Positions 13,660 to 26,783 of a stretch of DNA of 64,000 nucleotides are shown here, piece by piece. This stretch comes from Mobula birostris. Its lineage: Eukaryota. The first letter of the stretch is position 1. Every line of letters starts with the position of its first letter. Made by a program: the position numbers and the translations under genes. The stretch lies in the NCBI RefSeq assembly GCF_030028105.1, contig NC_092394.1, positions 13,927,939 through 13,991,938 on the forward strand. Direction: 5' to 3'. The notes under the pieces were generated by a model. That model made no database searches. It saw only the letters and a program-made list of their open reading frames with translations, and was not told the DNA's origin.

Positions 13660-15714
13660 GTAGTGCACCCGTGGCTGACAAGAGAAATTAGGGATAGTAT
13701 CAATTCCAAAGAAGAAGCATACAAATTAGCCAGAGAAAGTGGCTCACCTGAGGACTGGGAGAAATTCAGAGTTCAGCAGAGGAGGACAAAGGGCTTAATT
13801 AGGAAGGGGGAAAAAAGATTATGAGAGAAAACTGGCAGGGAACATAAAAACGGACTGTAAAAGCTTTTATAGATATGTAAAAAGGAAAAGACTGGTAAAG
13901 ACAAATGTAGGTCCCCTGCAGACAGAAACAGGTGAATTGATTATGGGGAGCAAGGACATGGCAGACCAATTGAATAATTACTTTGGTTCTGTCTTCACTA
14001 GGGAGGACATAAATAATCTTCCAGAAATAGTAGGGGACAGAGGGTCCAGTGAGATGGAGGAACTGAGCGAAATACATGTTAGTAGGGAAGTGGTGTTAGG
14101 TAAATTGAAGGGATTGAAGGCAGATAAATCCCCAGGGCCAGATGGTCTGCATCCCAGGGTGCTTAAGGAAGTAGCCCAAGAAATAGTAGATGCATTAGTG
14201 ATAATTTTTCAAAACTCGTTAGATTCTGGACTAGTTCCTGAGGATTGGAGGGTGGCTAATGTAACTCCACTTTTTAAAAAAGGAGGGAGAGAGAAACCGG
14301 GGAATTATAGATCGGTTAGCCTAACGTCGGTGGTGGGGAAACTGCTGGAGTCAGTTATCAAGGATGTGATAACAGCACATTTGGAAAGCGGTGAAATGAT
14401 CGGACAAAGTCAGCATGGATTTGTGAAAGGAAATTCATGTCTGACGAATCTCATAGAATTTTTTGAGGATGTAACTAGTAGAGTGGATAGGGGAGAACCA
14501 GTGGATGTGGTATATTTGGATTTTCAGAAGGCTTTTGACAAGGTCCCACACAGGAGATTAGTGTGCAAACTTAAAGCACATGGTATTGGGGGTAAGGTAT
14601 TGGTGTGGGTGGAGAATTGGTTAGCAGACAGGAAGCAAAGAGTGGGAATAAACGGGACCTTTTCAGAATGGCAGGTGGTGACTAGTGGGGTACCGCAAGG
14701 CTCAGTGCTGGGACCCCAGTTGTTTACAATATATATTAATGACTTGGATGAGGGAATTAAATGCAGCATCTCCAAGTTTGCGGATGACACGAAGCTGGAT
14801 GGCAGTGTTAGCTGTGAGGAGGATGCTAAGAGGATGCAGGGTGACTTGGATAGGTTGGGTGAGTGGGCAAATTCATGGCAGATGCAATTTAATGTGGATA
14901 AATGTGAAGTTATCCACTTTGGTGGCAAAAATAGGAAAACAGATTATTATCTGAATGGTGGCCGATTAGGAAAAGGGGAGGTGCAACGAGACCTGGGTGT
15001 CATTATACACCAGTCATTGAAAGTGGGCATGCAGGTACAGCAGGCGGTGAAAAAGGCGAATGGTATGCTGGCATTTATAGCGAGAGGATTCGAGTACAGG
15101 AGCAGGGAGGTACTACTGCAGTTGTACAAGGCCTTGGTGAGACCACACCTGGAGTATTGTGTGCAGTTTTGGTCCCCTGATCTGAGGAAAGACATCCTTG
15201 CCATAGAGGGAGTACAAAGAAGGTTCACCAGATTGATTCCTGGGATGGCAGGACTTTCATATGATGAAAGACTGGATGAACTGGACTTGTACTCATTGGA
15301 ATTTAGAAGATTGAGGGGGGATCTGATTGAAACATATAAGATCCTAAAGGGATTGGACAGGCTAGATGCAGGAAGATTGTTCCTGATGTTGGGGAAGTCC
15401 AGAACGAGGGGCCACAGTTTGAGGATAGAGGGGAAGCCTTTTAGGACCGAGATTAGGAAAAACTACTTCACACAGAGAGTGGTGAATCTGTGGAATTCTC
15501 TGCCACAGGAAACAGTTGAGGCCAGTTCATTGGCTATATTTAAGAGGGAGTTAGATATGGCCCTTGTGGCTATGGGGGTCAGGGGGTATGGAGGGAAGGC
15601 TGGGGCGGTGTTCTGAGTTGGATGATCAGCCATGATCATAAAAAATGGCGGTGCAGGCTCGAAGGGCCGAATGGCCTACTCCTGCACCTATTTTCTATGT
15701 TTCTATGTTTCTAT
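13660..15714 (+). mobile_element. Young 5'-truncated CR1 LINE with intact RT domain (open 13799-15616)
   Basis: [28 protein letters not shown] and SKFADD motifs; single frameshift in the G-run near 13806; (TTCTATGT)n 3' tail. Confidence 0.96.
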
Positions 15715-16109
15715 CTCTCTGTTCATTTCTTTACTATTTAATTTGTTGATTTTTTTTTAAATTTCCAAATTAATTGTATTTGGCTTGTCTTTGTTATTAA
15801 CTATGCTAAAAACTCTGCATTGATCTATCCCATTAAATAAAAACTCCCTTGCTTTGCTAGCACTAATGAATTCCATGCTTATCTTATTCAGTCAAGCTTC
15901 TCTGTTTGCTGATTCCGAAGTTTTCATTATTTTGAGTACATTTATCTCCTGTTTGCTTGATTTTAACTCTCTAGTCATAATTAATTTCTCTCATTTTCAG
16001 AATCCTATATATAAGTGATTACGTTGCACTTCTCCACTGTAGTATTTCTTAAACCCCCCATTTGAACGTAATGTCCAAAATTGGATACATTTCGTCAGTG
16101 AAAATCTCT

Positions 16110-18060
16110 TTAAAGTCAAAGTCAGAATTAGGTTTAATATCACCAGCATATGTCGTGAAATTTGTTTTCTCTGCAGCAGCAGTGCATTGCAATACATAAT
16201 AATAGGAAAAACATGAATTACAGTGAGACTGTCTCTGTGCGTGCGTGCGTGCGTGTATATATATTAGTTAAATTAAGTAAGTAGTGCAAAAATAGAAATT
16301 TAAAAAGTAGTGAGGTATTGTTCATGGGTTCAAGGCTCATTCAGGAATCGGATGGCAGAGGGGAAGAAGCTGATCCTGAATTGTTGAGTGTGTATCTGCT
16401 TCCCGATGGTAACAATGCAAAGAGGGCATGACCTTATTGTTCTCATTGTACAGGTTAACTATCTTCTATGCTTTTAAACCTGGGGCTACATGTGATAATG
16501 GAAACTTCAGACTACAATCATACCAGCACTCCTTTGTTCACTTAAAATGGGAGACACATATGTTCCTCTTCCACTCTACAATGCTGTAATTCAGCGAGAG
16601 AATTTCATTAAACCTACATTTTCAATAGTAGTTTCTGAAGGGTCGCATTGACATGTGGAATTTGTATCTGGTACAACATTCCAGGGACCTTGAAATAGCT
16701 TTGCATTCAATTAGTGTGTCAACCATTTCGAATAAATGGTTTACTTGAATATAACACAATCTCTAATTTCAGGGTGTAATCAAAATTTAGATATTTTGTT
16801 CCAAGCAGTTCAAAACGTCGACTGTACCTCTTCCTAGAGATGCTGCCTGGCCTGCTGCATTCACCAGCAACTTTTATGTCTGTTGCTTGAAATTCCAGCA
16901 TCTGCAGATTTCCTCATATTTGAGTTCAAAGTTCAAAGTTTTTTTAAATCAGAGTGCATATACGTCACCGTATATAACCCTGAGATTCATTTTCCTGCGG
17001 GCGTGCTCAGCAAATCTATAGAATAGTAACAGGATCAATGAAAGATTAACCTGAGGACAAATTGTGCAAATGCAAATATAAATAAATAATGAGAATGTGA
17101 AATAACTAGATAAGAAGTCCTTAAAGTGGGATCATTGGTTGTGGGAACATCTCAATGGATGGGCAAGTGAGTGAAGTTATCTCCTCTGGTTCAAGAGCCT
17201 GATGATTGAGGGGTAGCAATTGTTCCTGAACCTGATGGTGTGAGTCCTGAGGCTCCTGTGGAGAGGAGTTCCCCAGCTCCTCTCTGATGCTGCACAGTTT
17301 CTTGACATTGACACATCACTGCAGAATTTAAATTTTACTGTCCTCATCTCTAATGATTTTGAACACTTCTCCTTGATTTTCTCCTGACCATCTGACAACC
17401 GTCTGCAATGAAGTATCTCAATCTCTCACTGCACAAGACCATGAGAAAATAGGAGCAAGAGAAGGTTACCAGTCCGTCCATCACAGGCAAAGCCCTCCCC
17501 ACTATTGAGTTCATTTACATGGAGTGCTGCCACAAGAAAGCAGCCCCCATCAACAAACACCCCCTCCATCAAGGCCTTACCTGCTTCTCACTACTACCAT
17601 CAGGCAGGAGGTACAGAAGCCTTAGGTCCCACAGCACCAGGTTCATAATAGTTACTACCCTACAACCACCAGGCTCCTGAGCCAGCATGGGTAACTTCAT
17701 CGGGCACTACTCTGAACTGATTTTACGACCTACAGACTCACTTTCAAGGACTCCTTACAAGTCATGCTCCCAGTGTTTTTTATTTGCAGTTTGCCTTCTT
17801 TCGCACATTGGCTGTTGTTGTTGTCTTTCTGTGTATTCTTTTTTTGTAAATTCTTTTTTCCTGTAAATGCCTGCAAGAAAATGAATCTCAAGGTAGCGTA
17901 TGGCGGCATGACAGAAAAATGAAGGGCTATGTAGGAGGTCAGAGTTAGATAGATCTTATAGTAGGTTGAAAGGTTGGCACAAGATCATGGGCCAAAGGGC
18001 CTATACTGTGCTGTAATGTTCTACATTCTATATACACACTGATAATAAATTTACTTTGAA
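16110..18060. mobile_element. Cluster of Rex1-type 3' fragments in both orientations plus a Penelope terminal piece (about 16810-16915)
   Basis: Recurrent Rex1 tail motifs (ttcctgaacctgatggtg, tgcctgcaagaaaatgaatctc, aataaatttactttgaactttga) shared with other copies in the window. Confidence 0.65.
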
Positions 18061-18117
18061 CTTTGAACCCTTCTCCCACTGCTCCCATTCATCCCCACCC
18101 ACCCAACTATTCAATAT

Positions 18118-18419
18118 AAAGGCATCCGTTAGTCTTGCGAGACCATGGATCTGCGCCTGGAAAGACTTCACTCTCCAGGGCGCAGGCCTGGGCAAGGTTG
18201 TATGGAAGACCAGCAGTTGCCCATGCTGCAAGTCTCCCCTCTCCACGACACCAATGTTGTCCAAGGGAAGGGCATTAGGACCTTGGCACCAGTGTCGTCG
18301 CAGAGCAATGTGTGATTAAGTGCCTTGCTCAAGGATACAACACGTTGCCTTGGCTGGGGCTTGAACTCATGACCTTCAGGTCACTAGACCAATGCCTTAA
18401 CCACTTGGCCACGTGCCCA
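18118..18419 (-). mobile_element. tRNA-derived SINE with 14-bp TSD
   Basis: A/B-box-like head on - strand; GTGTATCCTTGAGCAAGGCACTTAA core; CAACTATTCAATAT at 18104-18117 and 18420-18433. Confidence 0.88.
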
Positions 18420-18669
18420 CAACTATTCAATATGATCTATGCTAACCTCAACCCCTCATTTGTGCGAGTTCCCTGTAGCCCTCAATTCCTTGATCTTCCA
18501 AATATCCAGCTCTACCTTAAATATAATGAACTCGGAGCAGAGAATCCCAGAGATTCGCCACCCTCTGTGAGATGAAACTTCCTCGCAGAAGTCCCGTGCA
18601 GCTATTTTCCCCTTGCCCGTGACTGTCCCAATACCGAAAACATTTCCACATCTATCCCGTTAAGTTACC

Positions 18670-19335
18670 TTACGGGCAGCACGGTGCCTGCGATCGCCAG
18701 TCGGGGCTCAATTTCCACCCGCTGCCTGTAAGGAGTTTGTAAATTCTCCCTGTGACGGTGAGGGTTTCCTCCGGTTTCCACCTGCATTTCAAAGATGTAC
18801 GGGTTAGGGATGATAGGTTGTGACCGTGCTACGAAAGCATGGCGTGAGCTGTCTCCAGCACAACCCTTAGACTGTAGGATCGTTGAACCAAATGAACACA
18901 TTTCATTGTACGTGTGACAAATAAAGCTAATCTCTTTACTATGTTTAATGAGATCACTCCTTATTCTTCTAAGCTCAAGGAATACAGTCCAAAACTGTCC
19001 AGCCCCTCTTAATAAGTGCCAATAGCTCAATCGGTAACACTAGAGCCTCTTAATCTCAGGGTTGTGGTTTCGAACCGCATGTTGGGCGAAGGATCTCTGG
19101 GTAATGTAGCAGTTAGCGTAATGCTATGACAGCGCCAGCAACCCGGGTTCATTTCCCACTGCCATCTGTAAGGAGTTTGTACGATCTCTCTCAAACCACG
19201 CGGGTTTCCACCCGGTGCTCTGGTTTCCTCCCACATTCCAAAGACGTGCAGGTTAAAAGGTTAATGGGTCACGTGTGTAATTACCCGATGTGGGCTCATT
19301 AGGCCAGAAGGGCCTGTTACTGTACTGTATCTCTA
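18670..19335 (+). mobile_element. Two HE1/V-SINE-like elements flanking the tRNA pseudogene
   Basis: tRNA-like head (GGGTTCAATTCC-like) and V-domain-like GGTGCTCTGGTTTCCTCCCACATTCCAAAGAC. Further copies near 24.5, 25.2, 26.1, 28.2, 32.4, 42.5, 45.8, 51.0 and 63.2 kb. Confidence 0.75.
19018..19088 (+). pseudogene. tRNA-Lys(CTT) pseudogene
   Basis: Colinear with vertebrate tRNA-Lys-CTT (GCC..TAGCTCA.TCGGTA...CTCTTAATCTCAGGGT.GTGG.TTCGA..C.CA.GTTGGGCG); anticodon CTT at 19049-19051; acceptor, D and anticodon stems disrupted. Confidence 0.8.
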
Positions 19336-19369
19336 AACAAGTTAAAATGAATGCATTGATAGGACAGTT

Positions 19370-20384
19370 AGAGGAAACTATAGGCCAGTTAGCCTAACCT
19401 CAGTGGTTGGGAAAGCGTTGGAGTCTATTATTAAGGATAAAGTTTTGGGGTAGTTGGAGACTAATGGTAAAATAAGTCAGTGGTTTCTGTTAAAGGGAAA
19501 TCTTGCCTAACAAATCTGTTAGAATTTTTCGAGGAATTAACAAGCAGGGTGGACAAAGGAGAGGCAGTGGATGTCATTTACTTGGATTTTCAGAAGGCGT
19601 TTGATAAGGTGAGGCTATTTAAGGAGATAAAATCCCATGGTGTTACAGGAAGGATACTGGCATGGATAGAGGAATGGCTGGTGGGCAGGAGGCAGCAAGT
19701 GGGAATAAAATGAACCTTTTCTGGTTGTCTGCCAGTGACTAGTGGTGTTCCTCAGGGGACATATTGGGACCGCGACTTTTCACAGTGTTTGTCAGTGATT
19801 TAGATAGTGGAATTGATGGCTATGTGGCAAAGTTTGCAAATGATATGAAGATAGGTGGAGGGATAGGTAGTTCTGAGGAAGCAATGCAATTGCAGCAGGA
19901 TTTAGACAAATTGAAAGAATGGACGAAAACAGTGTTGGGAAAGGTATGATAACGCATTTTGGTAAAAGGAACAAAAGTGTTCACTATTGTCTAAATGGGG
20001 AGAAGATTCAAACATCAGAGGTGCAGAGGGACTTAGGAGTCCTCGTGCAAGACTCCCAGAAGGTTAATTCACAGGTTGAGTCTGTGGTAAAGAAGGCAAA
20101 TGCAATGTTGGCATTTATTTCAAGGGGAATAGAATATCAAAGCAATGAGATAATGCTGAGGCTTTACAAGGCACTAATCAGACCACACTTGGAATATTGT
20201 CAACAGTTTTGGGCCCCTTATCTCAGAAAGGATGTATTGTCATTGGGAGAGTCCAGAGGAGGTTCACAAGGATGATTCTGGGAAAGAAGGGGTTAACATA
20301 CGAGGAGTGTTTGGCAGCTTTGGGCCTGTACTCACTGGAAGTTAGAAGAATGCGTGGGAATCTCATTGAAACCTACCATAATGT
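19370..20384 (+). mobile_element. Degenerate CR1 LINE (RT region), probably resuming at 23716-24060
   Basis: [24 protein letters not shown] and RPHLEYC motifs with frameshifts. Confidence 0.9.
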
Positions 20385-22204
20385 ATAGTCGTAGAATTAG
20401 GCCATTCGGCCCATCGAGTCTGCTCCGCCATTTCATCATGGCTAATCCAATTTTCCTCTCAGCCCTAATCTCCTGCTTTCTCCTTGTATCCCTTCATACC
20501 CTGATCAATCAAGAATCTATCAAACTCTGCCTTATATATACGTAAAGACTTGGCCTCCACAGATGCCTGTGACAAAGAATTCCACAGATTCACCACGCTC
20601 TAACTAAAGAAATTCCTCCTCATCCCTTTTCTAAAAGAACATCCCTCTATCCTGAGGCTGTGTCCTCTAGTCTTGGACTCCCCCACCATAGGAAACGTCC
20701 TCCCCACATCCACTATATCAAGGCCTTTCACCGTTCGATAGGTTTCAATTAGGTCACCCCGCATTCTTCTGAATTCTAGAATGTCTAGTATATTATATCA
20801 AATTCTACGAAAATTACCTGTATTCTTAAGGAACTGCACTATATATTTAATAATCTTGTAATTCTTTCTGCAAAATATTGTTAATAAATTGTCTTTTAAT
20901 CCATGATAACTTTAAAATCAACCATCCACTCTCTCTTGGTTGTATTTTGAACACCTCAGCAGTACATGCTCAAACATTTCTTGATGGTTACAATACTCTC
21001 ACCTCCCATTATTGTGTTTTTCACCAATGTACTACTTAACCCTGTTTTCACTCATTGACTCCTCCGACAAGGTTTTGATGTATTTGCGCGCCATTTATTT
21101 CTTCCTGGTTTTGGAAATGGCCGGCATGGTTTTCCCGAGACCACTCCTGTTCTGCCCAGGCTTGGCGGGATTGTCCCCAGAGGCTTCAGAATCGTGCACC
21201 TGTGCACAGAAGCAGAAATTCCAGCAAGGTGGCCACCTACCGGGTGGCAAGGAGTGAGACTCAGAGCGAGAAGTGGGAGATCTTAGCGCAGTCTGTTTGT
21301 GACTGTCTGTTCACTTCCAGAGAACAAAAGAGATACAACTGCAAATTGTTAGCTGATAATTGATTGGTTAAATAGTCAACTGGCAGCAGCCAATAAAAAG
21401 AAGTTAGGGTCATGCGGAGTGGCAGTTGTTGGAGTGGTCATTGCTAGAGTGGGGGAAGCTAAGGTTTTTGATCAAGAGGCTTCAGCAGGAAGCGGTAGCG
21501 AGTGGAGAGGTGACACATTCTTTCTTATTGCACAGTTAAAATTCAAGAGATTCAAAGTACATTTATTATCGAAGTACGTATACAGTATACAACCCTGAGA
21601 TTCGTCTTCCCACAGCCAGCCAAGAAATAAAGAAAACTATAGAACCCGTTCAACAAAAATATCAAACACTCAAAGTGCAAAAAAAAGAGCAAATTGCACC
21701 ATCGGCAGTTAGAAGCTAGGTCAAAACAACATTGTTGGCCAAAGAGCTTGTACTGTGCTATACCATTCTGTTCTGTAGCCCACCTTGCCTTTATTCTGCC
21801 ATGCTGAATGACATCTTGTACAATAAGATGGGCCCTTGACCTGACTATCTCTCTCATCTGTGACTGTGACTCGTCATTCTGCATTCTGTTATTGCTTTTC
21901 CCTTTGTACTCCCTCAATGTACTGATGGAATGAAATGATCCGTAGGCTTAGCATGAAAAACAAAGTTGTTCACAATCATAAGCTGATTTTGCAAACCACT
22001 CTGTGATTTCTCCTCTGATAGAACGAGCAAACAAAGTGATTCTCTCAGAAACAAGTCTCTGCGGATAGGTTGGAAATACCCATTTTTATTCATTGTATTT
22101 AGAGACACGGCATAGAGCAGACCGTTCCAGGACCATTGAGCCGCAATGCCTAGCAACCCATCTACTTGACCTCAGCCTAATCACAGGACAGTTTACGGTG
22201 GCCA

Positions 22205-23715
22205 GTTACAAACAGGAGGAAGTCTGCAGGTGCTGGAAATCCAAAGCAACACACACAAGACTGGAGCAACTCAGCAGGCCGGGCAGCGTCTCAGACCCCT
22301 CCTCAGGACTGAGACGGAAGGGGGAGGGCGCAGGGGAAAAAGGCTGGTTGGAAGGTGATAGACAAAGCTAGGTGGGAGGGAAAGGTCAAGGGCTGGAGAA
22401 GAAGGAATTTAATAGCAGAAGAGAGTGGACAATAGGAGAAATGGAAGGAGGAGGGGAATTGGGAGGAAGTAATAGGTAGGTGGCCAAGAGGTTAAGGCAT
22501 TGGACTAGCAACCTGAAGGTCGTGAGTTCAAGCCCCAGCCGAGGCAACGTGTTGTGTCCTTGAGCAAGGCACCTAATCACACATTGCTCTGCGATGACAC
22601 CGGTGCCAAGCTGTATGGGTCCTAATGCCCTTCCCTTGGACAACATCGGTGTCGTGGAGAGGGGAGACTTGCAGCATGGGCAATTGCCGGTCCTCCATAC
22701 AACCTTGCCCAGGCCTGCGCCCTGGAGAGTGAAGACTTTCCAGGCGCAGATCCATGGTCTCGCAAGACTAACAGATGCCTTTACTAATAGGCGGGTGAAA
22801 AAAAGTAAAAGGTTAGAACGAGGGATAGAGAAAAGGGGGTTGGGGAGTGAATTTGTTTACTGAAAGGAGAAATCTATATTCATGCTTCAGGCTGGAGTCT
22901 ACCCAGTTGGAATATAAGGTGTTGTTCCTCAACCCTGAGGGTGGCCTCATCATGGAACAAGTGAACGCTGTGAACTGACGTGTCGGAACAGGAATGGGAT
23001 TAGGAATTTCAATGTTTGGCCAGTGGGAAATCCTGCTTATGTCAGGAAGTGCAGAGGTGCTCGACAAAGCAGTCCTCTAATTTACGACGGGTCTCACCGA
23101 TCGGGAGCACCGGACACAAAAGACGACTCCAGCAGATTCGCAGGTGAAGTGCTGCCTCACCTGGAAGGACTGGTTGGGGACCTGAATGGAGGCGAGGGAG
23201 GAGGTGTAGCATTTAGGCCACTTGCAAGGGTAAGTACCTGGAGGGAGATTAGTGGGCAGGGACGAATGGACAAGGGAATTGCAGAGGGAGCGATCCCTGT
23301 GGAAAGTGGAGGCGGGGGGAAGTAAAGATGTGCTTAGTGGTAAAATCCCTTTGGAGATGGCAGACATTGCGGAGGATAATGTGTTGCAGAGTCTGGAGGG
23401 GTGGTAGATAAGGACAAGAGGAACGCCTATCACTATTGAGGTGGCAGGAAGATGGGGTGAGCGTGGATGTCTGGGAAATGGAGGCGGTGCGGGTGAGGGC
23501 AGCATCAATAGTAGAGGGAGGGAAACCCCATTCTTTAAAGAAAGAGGACACCTCCTGGAATGGAAAGCCACATCCTGAGAACTGATGCAGTAGGGGCAAA
23601 GAAACTGAGGGAAAAATAGCATTTTTGTAGGAGATAGGGAGGGAAGAGGTATAGTCAAGATACCTGTGGGCATCAGTAGGTTTATAAAAGACGTCAGTTG
23701 ACAGTTTGTCTCCAC
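22205..23715 (-). mobile_element. Penelope-like element 3' part (RT thumb plus GIY-YIG region) interrupted by a SINE
   Basis: TDVFYKPTDAHRYLDYTSS and FQVRQHFTCESAGVVFCVRCSR motifs; terminal repeat near 22210-22310. Confidence 0.85.
22480..22784 (+). mobile_element. tRNA-derived SINE, same family as 18118-18419, opposite orientation
   Basis: Near-identical body; TAATAGG on both flanks. Confidence 0.88.
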
Positions 23716-25537
23716 AATGTTGAAAGGTGGATGTGGAGAGGATGTTTCCTGTGGCGGGGTATCCAGAACTAGAGGGCACAGCCTCAAAATTGAGGGGCGC
23801 CCTTTTAGAACAGGAATCTTTTTGGCCAAAGGGTGGTGAATCTGTGAAATGCTCTGTCACAGACTGTGTTGGAGGCCAAGTCCATGGGTATATTTAAAGC
23901 GGAAGTTGATAGATCCCTGATTGGTCAGGGCATCGAGAGATATGGTGAGAGGGCAGGTGTATGGGGTCAGTGGGATCTGGGATCAGCCATGATGAAATGA
24001 TGGAGTGGACTCGGTGGAATGGATGAATGGCCTAATTCTGTTCCTATGTCTTATGTCTTATAGACAAGGCTCTCATCCTAAATACTCATAAGTCATTCCA
24101 GATCCAGATCTAGGATAACTATACCCTTTCGTTTTGGGAATCGTTACGGTGATACCCTAAGTTGGGAATCCTGTGATTTTTTTTATTGATTACTGTAAGT
24201 AATTAGTAAAAAAAACTACAAGAGACACCAACTCGTAATGGAGAGGATGAAAGTAGAGACTTTTCTGAAGGAACCTGTCCCACAGCTGATCAGAGCAGTG
24301 CTTCAGATATCTGGCTACCTCCTTGTCTGAAGCTGATGACTCAGAGGTGACTAGGAGGGAGGGGTAGAGTCACTAAACGAGCTTTATATTTGGTACATTA
24401 ATTTGCTCGTTTGTTTATTCATTTAGTGATGTAGTGCAGAACAGGCCCTTCCAGCCCAACGAGTTGCACTGCCCAGCCACCCCTCTGTTTAACACTAGTC
24501 TAATCACAGGACAACTTGCAATGACTAGTTAACTCACTAATCCTAACTGTATGTCTTTGGAATGTGGACAGAAACTGGAGCACTTGGAGAAAACCACGTC
24601 GTTCACAGGGAAAACGTACAAGCTCCTTAGAGACAGCACCAGAATTAAACTTTGAATTCTGGAACGCCCCGAGACGGAATAGTGACACTAACCCTACACT
24701 ACCATGGCGTTTATTATAACAGTTGAACCATTTGACAGATTTGTGGCAGGAAATATAGTGAATCGAAAGGTTCTTAAGACATTGTGTTTGAACCTTAAGA
24801 GAAAAATCATCACAACTGCCTGTCAGATTATCATGAATTACTTTTAACCCTCTATTTGTATGTTTTACATTTAACAGTATAATACTTTGTAATCGGAAGC
24901 AAACTCTAAGCATTGGGAACTGAGTGACAGGTACAGTTTGTCTTGCTCAGTGGGTATTGCACTTGATAAGTTTATTGGCTTTCATCCTCAGTGGTATATC
25001 TTTCATGCCACTTACAAATATTTTGTGAAGAAGGTAGCTCTGCTGTTCAAAATATGGGAACTGTTAACGACAGAAATATCGTCATTCCCTTTGCCTTTTC
25101 CTCCCTGTACTGTGAACGTTACTATAAGGAGTACAGATGGTGTCTTCAGTTTAATTTGGAGAATCAGCACAGTAACAGGCTCTTCAGATCTAATCAGCCC
25201 ACGCCCATGTGACCAATTAACCCACTAACCTGTACATCCTTGGAAACCCACCTAGTCATGGGGAGATCATCAAAACTCTTTAGACACAGCAGCAGAATTC
25301 AACCCGGTGCTATAATAGTGTTACGCTGACTTCTACGCTACTGTGCCACACAATATTGGTTTTACCAGTCATACCAAACTTAATAACGTAATTCCCTGTT
25401 TAAAAGTTGGTGAGTTGAGGTCCCACTGCAAAGCTTGAGCTTGAATATGACTGACACCCCAGTGCAGTACAGAGGGAGTGCTGCACTGCCAGAGCTACCT
25501 TTCATGTATTAAACTATGGCCTTAACGCTGTCCTGGT

Positions 25538-25962
25538 TGTTACATTTGCCCAGAGCAAGAACAACAACAGAGCGGTAGGATTTAACATTTGTACTGAGTC
25601 ATGTTAGCCACTGTACACACTGGGTAACTTACAGAGCGGGAGTTACAAACCAAGCTTGCCGAGACAGAAAACATGCACACTGGAAAGCCCATCACCAGAA
25701 GGGAGAGTGCCTGCATCACGTAGGAGGCTCAAATCATCAACCGGTGGCCTGCGCACTCACCATATTCTCACAATCAATCCAATACGGTTCACTGCCACCT
25801 TAATGTATCCTGTGGCTTCCTTTCAAAGAAAGTCAGGGCAATTAATCTCAGTCTTCTCACCAATATTCATCTCTAGCAACCTTTGCAGAAAGAAAGATAA
25901 TCCCATGGCTGTTTGTGAGGACCTGCTGTGCCCAGATCTGCTGCTCTGATCCCGACATAACA
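25538..25962. mobile_element. Possible solo LTR
   Basis: TGTTA...TAACA inverted ends 425 bp apart; no clean TSD. Confidence 0.3.
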
Positions 25963-26783
25963 ACGTTATAAGCATTTTAGTATCTCTGAAGTACGCTGAA
26001 ATCTCAAGAGGTCATGAGAGATGGCTTGGTGTAATTTTCTTTAGCTCTGCACTTTCTCACAGTTAAATTCTGAAGTCTATACAGCATGTGTATGTAAAGT
26101 AAATTTACATGTGCTCCAGTTTCCTCCCACAGTGCAAAGACGTACTGGCTGGTAGGTTAATTGGTCATTGTAAATTATCTCATAATTAGGTTAGGGTAAA
26201 GTCGGGTGGTGCACCTCAGAAGTGCCTATTCCACGCTGTATCTCAATAAATAAATAAGAAATAAATTCAGCGTGTGTGTTATCGTGGGCATACAAATACA
26301 TCACAAACTCTATGGCAGCCTCAAACATTAAACCCTATCATCTTAAAAGATCAAAGTTCAAAGTAAATTTGTTATCAAAGTACATATATATCATCATATA
26401 CTACTCAGAGATTCATTTTCTTGAGAACATTAACAGTAGATGCAGCAAAATACAATAGAATCAACGAAAAACCACACACAAACAACCAATGTGCAAAAGA
26501 AGACCAAAATGTGGAAATGTAAAAGAAACAAAAAATGAATAAATAAGTAATCAACAGTATTGAGAATTTAAAAAATCTTGGTTAAAAGACAAGTGAGATG
26601 TAATAAATAATATTGAGAACTGATAAGTAACCTCAGTTAAAAGACAACTGATGCAGAACCTCTTCGGTATACTGTGATATTTCTTTTATTATTTGAAGTT
26701 GATGTCTTGAATAATTTTTAAGTACACACCATAGAGAGACAGAATTTATAAAATAATGCTTTCTACATTCTCTTTATCTACAG

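Noticed and set aside
13937-15616. 559-aa reverse transcriptase ORF as a host gene, retron or DGR
   Set aside because: Ordinary CR1 ORF2, 5'-truncated, with the family 3' tail and a near-identical second copy.
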